63,916 nucleotides of DNA from an uncultured Haliangium sp. (GTDB lineage: Bacteria; Pseudomonadota; Gammaproteobacteria; GCA-001735895): NCBI GenBank assembly GCA_964195735.1, contig CAXMQY010000021.1, positions 1 through 63,916 of the forward strand. The letters run 5' to 3'. Of the stretch, positions 56,708-63,916 are shown in pieces. The position numbers and the translations under genes were made by a program. Positions within the stretch are counted from its first letter, which is position 1, and each line of letters opens with the position of its first letter. The notes below the pieces were generated by a model. The model was not told where the DNA came from. It ran no database searches and saw only the letters and a list, made by a program, of their open reading frames with translations.

Positions 56708-57571
56708 TTAGTGCAGCAGCGTAAAAAGCTTGCGGCGATAGGCCTGCACGCTGGGGTGTTCGCCGCCGAGCAAGTCGAACAATTCGAGCAGGCTGACGCG
56801 GCCGATATCATCTTCGAAGCCGCGATCGGTGCGTATGATCGTGAGCAAGCACTCCATGGCGTTGTCGACATCGCCGTGCGCGGTCAGGTGGCGGCTTTTC
56901 TGCAATAGAGCTTCGAGGTCCAGCGGGTTTTGCGCCAGGCGTTGCTCGATGTCTTCGAGAGCGGGCAGGTCGGCAAGTTGCTCGGTGAGCTTGATTTCGG
57001 CACGTAACTTGATCGCGGTGTCGAGCTTGCTGCCTTCCTCGTCGAGACTGTCGAGCAGCGCGGTCGCAGATGCGCTGTCGCCCTGGGTGTTTACCAGTTG
57101 CGCGATCGTGACCTTGAGTTCGGCATTGTCGGGATCTTTCGCGAGTGCGGTGTTGAGCATTTCCAGCGCCTGCTCGGTGTGTCCCTGCTGGTAGGCCATC
57201 ATCGCGGCCTGCATGAACTGGTCGGACTCCGACACGATGTGCTTGTCCAGCATCGCGCGAATTTCGGATTCGGGCACCGCGCCGAGTTTTTCGTCGACGA
57301 TTTTTCCCTGGTAAAACAGCTTCATCGTCGGCAGGCTTTTGATGCCGAAATGGGCGGCCAGTTCCTGTTCCTGGTCGGCGTTGACCTTTGCCAGTTCGAA
57401 CTTGCCGCCGTACTCTTCGGCCAGTTTTGCCAGCATCGGCATGATGGTTTGACAAGGTTGGCACCAGTCGGCCCAGAAATCCACCAGCACAGGTTTGTTG
57501 ACCGATTTTTCCAGCACCAAATTCTGGAAATTCTGCATGCTGACATTGTGAATATAGGGTGACTCGCTCAT
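56708..57571 (-). CDS. Thioredoxin-domain + TPR co-chaperone (YbbN/CnoX-like)
   Basis: The N-terminal thioredoxin fold has an intact WCQPC site. The C-terminal half is TPR-like. Confidence 0.8.
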   Translation of the reverse strand: MSESPYIHNVSMQNFQNLVLEKSVNKPVLVDFWADWCQPCQTIMPMLAKLAEEYGGKFELAKVNADQEQELAAHFGIKSLPTMKLFYQGKIVDEKLGAVPESEIRAMLDKHIVSESDQFMQAAMMAYQQGHTEQALEMLNTALAKDPDNAELKVTIAQLVNTQGDSASATALLDSLDEEGSKLDTAIKLRAEIKLTEQLADLPALEDIEQRLAQNPLDLEALLQKSRHLTAHGDVDNAMECLLTIIRTDRGFEDDIGRVSLLELFDLLGGEHPSVQAYRRKLFTLLH

Positions 57572-57673
57572 AATAGAGAACCTGAAAAAAGATGCGCATT
57601 ATATCAGGCCAATGGCCATAGATTACAAGGGTCTGTAGCGGCGCAATCGCTTGCGACTCAGGAATCATCACAG

Positions 57674-59560
57674 TTGAAAAACCAGTACGACGCCGCCTCG
57701 ATCGAAGTCCTCACGGGGCTCGAACCGGTCAAGAAACGACCTGGCATGTATACCGATACGACCCGTCCCAATCACCTCGCACAGGAAGTGATCGATAACA
57801 GTGTCGACGAAGCGATCTCCGGTTACGCCACCCAGATCGGCGTCATCCTGCACGCCGACCAGTCGCTCAGCGTGATCGACGATGGCCGTGGCATGCCAGT
57901 CGACATGCATCCGCAGCAGAAGATCCCGGGCGTCGAAGTCATCCTCACCAAGCTACACGCCGGCGGCAAGTTTTCCAACAAGAGTTACCAGTTTTCCGGC
58001 GGTCTGCACGGTGTTGGCGTTTCGGTGGTGAATGCGCTGTCGAGCCAGCTCGATGTGCGTGTGCGTCGCGAAGGCAAGGAGTACACCATCGGATTCGAGA
58101 ACGGCGACAAGACCAGCGAGCTGAAACAGACCGGCACGGTCGGCAAGAAGAATTCGGGCACTACGCTGCGATTCTGGCCGAACGCGAAATACTTCGACAG
58201 CCCGGTATTCTCGGTTACCCGGCTGAAGCACGTGTTGCGCGCCAAGGCGGTGCTGTGCCCGGGGCTGCGGGTCAAGTTTTACGTCGAAAAGACCAAGGAA
58301 TCGTCGGAGTGGCACTACGAGGAGGGCCTCGCCGACTACCTGATGGAATTCTTGTCCGGATTCGAATTAATACCTCCGCTACCATTCATCAATTCGCTGC
58401 AGGGCGAACACGAGGCAGTGGACTGGGCCGTGATCTGGTTGCCGCAGGGCGGTGAATCGATTACCGAGAGTTACGTAAACCTGATTCCGACGGCGCAGGG
58501 CGGCACCCATGTCAACGGTTTGCGCACCGGTATAACCGACGCGATCCGCGAGTTTTGCGAATTCCGCAGCCTGCTGCCGCGAGGCGTCAAGATCGCGCCC
58601 GACGATGTCTGGGACAAGGTCAGCTACGTGCTGTCGGTGAAAATGGAGGAGCCCCAGTTTTCCGGGCAAACCAAGGAGCGCTTGTCCTCGCGCGAAAGCG
58701 CCGCTTTTGTCTCCGGTGTCGCCAAGGATTCGTTCAGCCTGTGGCTGAATCAGCACGCCGATGTCGGCGATTTACTCGCGCAGCTGGCGATCGCGAGCGC
58801 GCAAAGTCGCCTGAAGACGGCGAAGAAGGTGATTCGCAAGAAAGTCACCACCGGTCCGGCACTGCCGGGCAAGCTGGCCGATTGCAGCAGCCAGGATGTC
58901 GGCCGCACAGAACTGTTTCTGGTCGAGGGTGATTCAGCCGGGGGGTCGGCAAAGCAGGCGCGCGATCGTGCTTTTCAGGCGATCATGCCGTTGCGTGGCA
59001 AGATCCTGAACACCTGGGAAGTGCCCTCGGACCAGGTGCTTGGTTCGCAGGAGGTACACGACATATCGGTCGCGATCGGCGTCGAGCCGGCCTCGGACGA
59101 CCTGAAGAACCTGCGTTACGGCAAGATTTGCATTCTCGCCGATGCCGATTCCGACGGCGCGCACATCGCGACGTTGCTGTGCGCGCTGTTTCTGCGCCAC
59201 TTCCTGCCGCTGGTGGAGAAAGGCCACGTCTACGTCGCCAAGCCGCCCCTGTATCGCATCGACGTTGCCAAGGACAAGTACTATGCGCTGGACGAGGCCG
59301 AGCGTGACGGCATACTCGACCGCATCACCGCGGAAAAGCGCAAGGGCAAGGTATCGGTCACCCGCTTCAAGGGGCTGGGTGAAATGAACCCGCTGCAATT
59401 GCGCGAGAGCGCGATCGCGCCGGAAACCCGGCGGTTGGCGCAATTGACGATCGAGCCGGGCGATAAAACATTCAAGATCATGGACATGATGCTGGCCAAG
59501 AAACGTGCATCGGATCGCAAGGACTGGTTGCAGACCAAGGGAGATCTGGCCGAGGTATGA
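57674..59560 (+). CDS. parE: DNA topoisomerase IV subunit B
   Basis: [30 protein letters not shown] and PLRGKILN motifs. At 628 aa it is ParE-sized and lacks the GyrB insert. TTG start. Confidence 0.92.
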   Translation: MKNQYDAASIEVLTGLEPVKKRPGMYTDTTRPNHLAQEVIDNSVDEAISGYATQIGVILHADQSLSVIDDGRGMPVDMHPQQKIPGVEVILTKLHAGGKFSNKSYQFSGGLHGVGVSVVNALSSQLDVRVRREGKEYTIGFENGDKTSELKQTGTVGKKNSGTTLRFWPNAKYFDSPVFSVTRLKHVLRAKAVLCPGLRVKFYVEKTKESSEWHYEEGLADYLMEFLSGFELIPPLPFINSLQGEHEAVDWAVIWLPQGGESITESYVNLIPTAQGGTHVNGLRTGITDAIREFCEFRSLLPRGVKIAPDDVWDKVSYVLSVKMEEPQFSGQTKERLSSRESAAFVSGVAKDSFSLWLNQHADVGDLLAQLAIASAQSRLKTAKKVIRKKVTTGPALPGKLADCSSQDVGRTELFLVEGDSAGGSAKQARDRAFQAIMPLRGKILNTWEVPSDQVLGSQEVHDISVAIGVEPASDDLKNLRYGKICILADADSDGAHIATLLCALFLRHFLPLVEKGHVYVAKPPLYRIDVAKDKYYALDEAERDGILDRITAEKRKGKVSVTRFKGLGEMNPLQLRESAIAPETRRLAQLTIEPGDKTFKIMDMMLAKKRASDRKDWLQTKGDLAEV

Positions 59561-61809
59561 ACAAGAACATGGAATTGAATTACGATGGCGTCGAAAAGCA
59601 GCCGCTGCACCAGTTTACCGAAAAGGCCTACCTCGATTACTCGATGTACGTCATCCTCGACCGCGCGTTACCGCACATCGGCGATGGCCTCAAGCCGGTG
59701 CAACGCCGCATCATCTACGCCATGTCCGAGCTCGGCCTGTCGGCCAGCTCCAAGCACAAGAAGTCCGCGCGCACCGTCGGCGACGTACTCGGTAAGTACC
59801 ACCCGCACGGCGATTCCGCCTGTTACGAGGCGATGGTGCTGATGGCGCAGCCGTTTTCCTACCGTTACCCGTTGATCGACGGGCAAGGTAACTTCGGCTC
59901 GTCGGACGACCCGAAATCGTTCGCGGCGATGCGCTACACCGAGTCGCGCCTGTCCGACATCGCACGCGTGCTGTTGCAGGAACTGGGCCAGGGAACGGTT
60001 GACTGGGTCGCCAATTTCGACGGCACCATGCAGGAGCCATCCCTGCTGCCGGCGCGCCTGCCGCACATCCTGCTAAATGGCACCACCGGTATTGCAGTGG
60101 GCATGGCGACTGACTTGCCGCCGCAGAACCTGCGCGAGATCGCGCGCGCCACCATACTGCTGCTGGACAAGGCGAAGACACCGCTGCAGGAATTGCTCGA
60201 GGTGGTCGAAGGGCCCGACTACCCGACCGAGGCCGAAGTGATAACGCCGCGTGAAGACTTGCGTAGCATGTACGAGACCGGTAGCGGCTCGATCCGCATG
60301 CGTGCGGTGTACGAGCGCGAGGACGGTGATATCATCGTCACCGCGTTGCCGCACCAGGTATCCGGCGAGCGTGTGCTGGAGCAGATTGCGCAGCAGATGA
60401 TGGCGAAAAAACTGCCGATGGTCGATGATCTGCGCGACGAATCCGATCACGAAAACCCGACGCGACTGGTGATCGTACCACGCTCCAACCGTGTCGATGT
60501 CGACCTACTGATGGGGCACTTGTTCGCAACCACCGATCTCGAGCGCACGTATCGCGTAAACATGAACATGATCGGCACCAACGGGCGGCCACAGGTGAAG
60601 AACCTGAAGCAGATCCTGCAGGAATGGATCGCCTTTCGCATCGTCACGGTGCGGCGCCGTTTGCAGTGGCGCCTCGACAAGGTCGACAAGCGATTGCACA
60701 TTCTGGAAGGTTTGCTGCTCGCGTTCCTGAACCTGGATGAAGTCATCCGCATCGTGCGCTACGAGGACGATCCCAAGGCAGAGTTGATCAAGACTTTCAA
60801 GATCAGCGACATCCAGGCGGAGGCGATCCTGGAGACCAAGCTGCGTAACCTCGCCAAGCTCGAGGAAATGAAGATTCGCGAGGAGCAGGAAGAACTGAGC
60901 CTGGAGAAGCAGGAACTGGAAACCTTGCTCGGCTCGGAGCGCCGCATCAAGACCATGATCAAAAAGGAAATCGAGTCCGATGCCGAGACTTACGGCGACG
61001 ATCGGCGCTCACCGATCGTCAGCCGCGACGCCGCGCGCGCCCTCGATGAGACCGACCTGCTGCCGTCGGAGCCCATCACCGTGGTGTTGTCGACGCGCGG
61101 TTGGGTACGCGCCGCAAAGGGTCACGATATCGACGTGCGCGCACTCAGCTACAAGTCCGGCGATGCTTTTCAGGACATGGCGCAGGGCAAGAGCAATCAA
61201 AGCGTGGTGTTCATCGATTCCTTCGGCCGCGCCTATGCGTTGACGGCGCACTTGTTAGCGTCGGCACGCGGGCAGGGCGAACCGCTGACCGGGCGCTTCA
61301 AGCCTGCCAGCGGCGCCGAGTTCAAGAGTTGCCTGATGGGGCACGATGACGACCGCTTCCTGCTGGCGTCGTCGCACGGCTATGGTTACGTGTGCAAGTT
61401 TGAAGACATGCTGACTCGCAGCAAGAACGGCAAGGCGCAGATCAGTCTGTCTAACGGCGCCGGGCTGTTGCCGGTTGCAAGGCTACGCGATTACGACGAA
61501 GACCAGGTTGTCTCCATCACCAGCGACGGCTATATCGCGCTGCTGCACATCAACCTGGTGGCGCAGCTGGCTCGCGGCAAGGGCAATAAAATTCAGGGCA
61601 TTCCGCCGAAGCGGATCAAGGCCGGGGAAGAGTCGGTTGCGTTCATCGCCTGTTTATCGGGCAAGCAGAAACTGGTGATTCATTGCGGCAAGAAGCACAA
61701 GTCGATGAACCTGCGCGAACTCGAGGACTACCGCATCGAGCGTGGCAAGCGCGGTCGCAAGCTGCCGCGTGGTTACCAAAACGTCACTGCCATCGAAGTC
61801 GTCGAGTAG
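59557..61809 (+). CDS. parC: DNA topoisomerase IV subunit A
   Basis: [12 protein letters not shown] and [10 protein letters not shown] (catalytic Tyr). The gene is coupled to parE. Confidence 0.93.
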   Translation: MNKNMELNYDGVEKQPLHQFTEKAYLDYSMYVILDRALPHIGDGLKPVQRRIIYAMSELGLSASSKHKKSARTVGDVLGKYHPHGDSACYEAMVLMAQPFSYRYPLIDGQGNFGSSDDPKSFAAMRYTESRLSDIARVLLQELGQGTVDWVANFDGTMQEPSLLPARLPHILLNGTTGIAVGMATDLPPQNLREIARATILLLDKAKTPLQELLEVVEGPDYPTEAEVITPREDLRSMYETGSGSIRMRAVYEREDGDIIVTALPHQVSGERVLEQIAQQMMAKKLPMVDDLRDESDHENPTRLVIVPRSNRVDVDLLMGHLFATTDLERTYRVNMNMIGTNGRPQVKNLKQILQEWIAFRIVTVRRRLQWRLDKVDKRLHILEGLLLAFLNLDEVIRIVRYEDDPKAELIKTFKISDIQAEAILETKLRNLAKLEEMKIREEQEELSLEKQELETLLGSERRIKTMIKKEIESDAETYGDDRRSPIVSRDAARALDETDLLPSEPITVVLSTRGWVRAAKGHDIDVRALSYKSGDAFQDMAQGKSNQSVVFIDSFGRAYALTAHLLASARGQGEPLTGRFKPASGAEFKSCLMGHDDDRFLLASSHGYGYVCKFEDMLTRSKNGKAQISLSNGAGLLPVARLRDYDEDQVVSITSDGYIALLHINLVAQLARGKGNKIQGIPPKRIKAGEESVAFIACLSGKQKLVIHCGKKHKSMNLRELEDYRIERGKRGRKLPRGYQNVTAIEVVE

Positions 61810-61835
61810 CAGGCTGCTAGCCAGGTGACGGCGAC

Positions 61836-63916
61836 CTACATCGAGCTGAAGTCGTAGTTCAACTCCGCTTGCGGGGTCTGTAGAAAATCGCCCTGGATGA
61901 AATCCACGTTCAGCGTCCACAGCACGCTGAGCACCGCGGCATCGGCGACACCGGGCATGATCGTCTTCAGCGCCATTTCGCCGGCGCGATAAGTGAGTTC
62001 GCGAATGCTTTCCTGGTTTCCTGCGTTCTGCGCCAGGCCTTCAAGGAAGACGCGATTGATGCGCACGTATTCGGCGCTGATGTGTTTGACCAGCTGGAAA
62101 GGATTGAGCCCGGTGCCGAACTCGTCGATGGCGAACTGGCACTTGAATTGCTTGAGCGCTTTCGCGAGCGTCTTCGTCTCTTTCAGCTGGTTGACTGCCT
62201 GCACCTCGTTGACCATGAATACCAGTTGCTGGCCGTTGATCCTGGCCTTGCCGATATTTTCCGAGACCCACAGGGGCAGCCCGGGGTCCTTGATCGAGTC
62301 GGCGCTCAACGGGATGAAAAAGTCGATCGAATGGCCACTTTTGTGGGTTTCCGCTACCTTCTTGATCGCGTGCAGTATTTTCCAGCGATCCAGCATCTTT
62401 GCGGTGCCGGTGCGTTCCGCAGCACTATTGTATTCGGCTTCATTCAGCAGCCGGCCATCCTCGGTGGTGATTTCGATGCTCGACTGATAGCGCGCGCCAA
62501 CCTGGCCCTTGACGCCGACCAGCGGTTGGTACAAACCCTTGATTCGCTTGTTGTTGAGCGCGTCCCTGATCAGGTCGGCGGTGATGCCGTCCTCCTCGTT
62601 ATTGGTCATTTCGCCCTCTTTGAGGACGTAGGTTATCGCTTGATTACCGCCCAGGATCTGCAATTCTTCGCAGGTTTTCTCGGCGCGCAGAATCATGGCA
62701 TTGGGGTTGTTGGGTGAGTTTTCGTCGATGAATACGACCGCTGCGCTACAGGTGACACTGATCGACTGGTTGCCGATTTCACAAATATGCTGTTCGACCA
62801 GGGGCGGGAGCGCAGCGGAAAAAGCTTCCGCGTCCTGTTTTTCCCCAAGCGTTCCCAGGCATATATAGGAGTAAGCGCCGAAGCGCGCAACGATGTAATC
62901 CGGATCGGCGTTCTCGGTCAGTATTCTCGCGATATTGCCGATCAGGATGTCACAGCCGGTAATGCCGATGCTTTCGCGGATCGACTGAAAGTTGTCGATG
63001 CTGATGTAAGTGATGGCGTACTGCCCGATGCCGTTGATCGCCTGGGTGATCGCGGTCTTCAGTTCGGCCATGAAATACTGGCGATTGTAGAGCCCGGACA
63101 CGAGATCATGCTGGTGCAGGTAGTTGATTTGCTCCTCCAGTTCCGAGGTGTCCCCTACGCTCGAGCGAATCAGTATCTGCGTGCAGGGTTCGCCATCATA
63201 GCTGGCGGCGGCGAACTCCAGCGTCGCCGTCAGGCCTTCGCCGCTGCTGTGGATCAATTGCAAATCGAGTTGCGTGGTGTCGTTGCCCTGGTCGCCGAGG
63301 TCGCGCAGGAAAGTTTTCAGTTCGGATTGTTGCGACGCATCCACCATGTCGATGATGGAGCTGCCCTTGAGCTCGTCGAGATCCGTGTGGCCGAACATCT
63401 CCATGTACGCCTGGTTGGCGAAAATGTGCATGCCCTCGTGTACGTAAGCGACCGCGTCCCTGGAATTGGCGAGCAGGTTCTGGCAGCGTTTCTCGCTCTC
63501 CTGAAATTGAAGTTCGAGGCGTCGCGCGCGTCTCCACATCGAGATCGCGCTGGCTTCTCGATCGATGACCTGGATCAGGTGCTCGGTGCTGGCGCTGTCG
63601 ACGGCATCGCGGGCACCATTTGCTATGGCCTCGATGGTAACCGCGGTGTTCACCTTTTGCGCCAGCGCAATCAGCGCGACATGTTGCCCGCACTCCTGGA
63701 TCAGCTGGTTTGCCTGGGCAAGCTTAAAATCTGGCAAATCGGTCGAAAACAACACCAGGTCGAAAACCTTTTTCCCCAGCATTTCGCCCATGTCTTCGCT
63801 GTCTTCGGCGAATTCCGCGCGCACCTGCATGCCCGTTGCGCGCAACGAGCTGGTGATCTGCTCTGCCTTGTGAAAACCTTCATCAACAATCAGCAGGCGA
63901 ATCAGTTTTTCTTCGT
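61836..63916 (-). CDS. FimX-like REC-PAS-GGDEF(degenerate)-EAL(degenerate) c-di-GMP protein; 5' end outside the window
   Basis: The frame stays open through base 63916 (..EEKLIRLLIVDEGFHKAEQ..). The GGDEF position reads RFGAYSY. The EAL signature region reads YQSSIEI, with DEFGTG in place of DDFGTG. Confidence 0.6.
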   Translation of the reverse strand, partial: EEKLIRLLIVDEGFHKAEQITSSLRATGMQVRAEFAEDSEDMGEMLGKKVFDLVLFSTDLPDFKLAQANQLIQECGQHVALIALAQKVNTAVTIEAIANGARDAVDSASTEHLIQVIDREASAISMWRRARRLELQFQESEKRCQNLLANSRDAVAYVHEGMHIFANQAYMEMFGHTDLDELKGSSIIDMVDASQQSELKTFLRDLGDQGNDTTQLDLQLIHSSGEGLTATLEFAAASYDGEPCTQILIRSSVGDTSELEEQINYLHQHDLVSGLYNRQYFMAELKTAITQAINGIGQYAITYISIDNFQSIRESIGITGCDILIGNIARILTENADPDYIVARFGAYSYICLGTLGEKQDAEAFSAALPPLVEQHICEIGNQSISVTCSAAVVFIDENSPNNPNAMILRAEKTCEELQILGGNQAITYVLKEGEMTNNEEDGITADLIRDALNNKRIKGLYQPLVGVKGQVGARYQSSIEITTEDGRLLNEAEYNSAAERTGTAKMLDRWKILHAIKKVAETHKSGHSIDFFIPLSADSIKDPGLPLWVSENIGKARINGQQLVFMVNEVQAVNQLKETKTLAKALKQFKCQFAIDEFGTGLNPFQLVKHISAEYVRINRVFLEGLAQNAGNQESIRELTYRAGEMALKTIMPGVADAAVLSVLWTLNVDFIQGDFLQTPQAELNYDFSSM

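Overview
This is a gammaproteobacterial chromosome segment whose gene order resembles Pseudomonas. About 80% is conserved core. The core holds a complete division and cell-wall (dcw) cluster, mraZ-rsmH-ftsL-ftsI-murE-murF-mraY-murD-ftsW-murG-murC-murB-ddl-ftsQ-ftsA-ftsZ (22.3-39.8 kb). It also holds rnpB, putA, valS, holC-pepA divergent from lptF-lptG, xerD, a CnoX/YbbN-like thioredoxin, parE-parC and a 5'-truncated FimX-like REC-PAS-GGDEF-EAL gene. No rRNA, tRNA or CRISPR array was seen by eye. The first ~11 kb is different: it is a mosaic of compositionally unlike one- or two-gene modules. These modules are a phage-like ORF, a SARP/TPR regulator, a DUF1326-SDR-DUF2182 operon, an AT-richer amidohydrolase, an RpiR+MFS pair and a eukaryote-like SDR. 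They are separated by five copies of one ~125-185 nt imperfect-palindrome repeat family found nowhere else in the window. I read this as an attC-like or MITE-like cassette architecture with no integrase in view, and it is the most interesting signal here. Other notable points follow. A tungsten-type aldehyde:ferredoxin oxidoreductase sits next to a MoaD-like protein. A CYTH-CHAD protein is divergent from an orphan ParA-like ATPase. A LysR gene is bracketed by a 20-bp motif beside a gene remnant. Five GTGNN boxes at exact 10-bp spacing lie in front of mraZ. The dcw cluster ends in a YrbL-family gene plus REP-like hairpins instead of lpxC. A minimal class III cyclase pairs with a Crp/Fnr regulator. 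A Y1 (HUH) transposase-like gene with 12-bp inverted repeats, together with an LtaS-family gene, interrupts the valS-holC block. All calls come from reading the translations and the DNA; no database search was possible.
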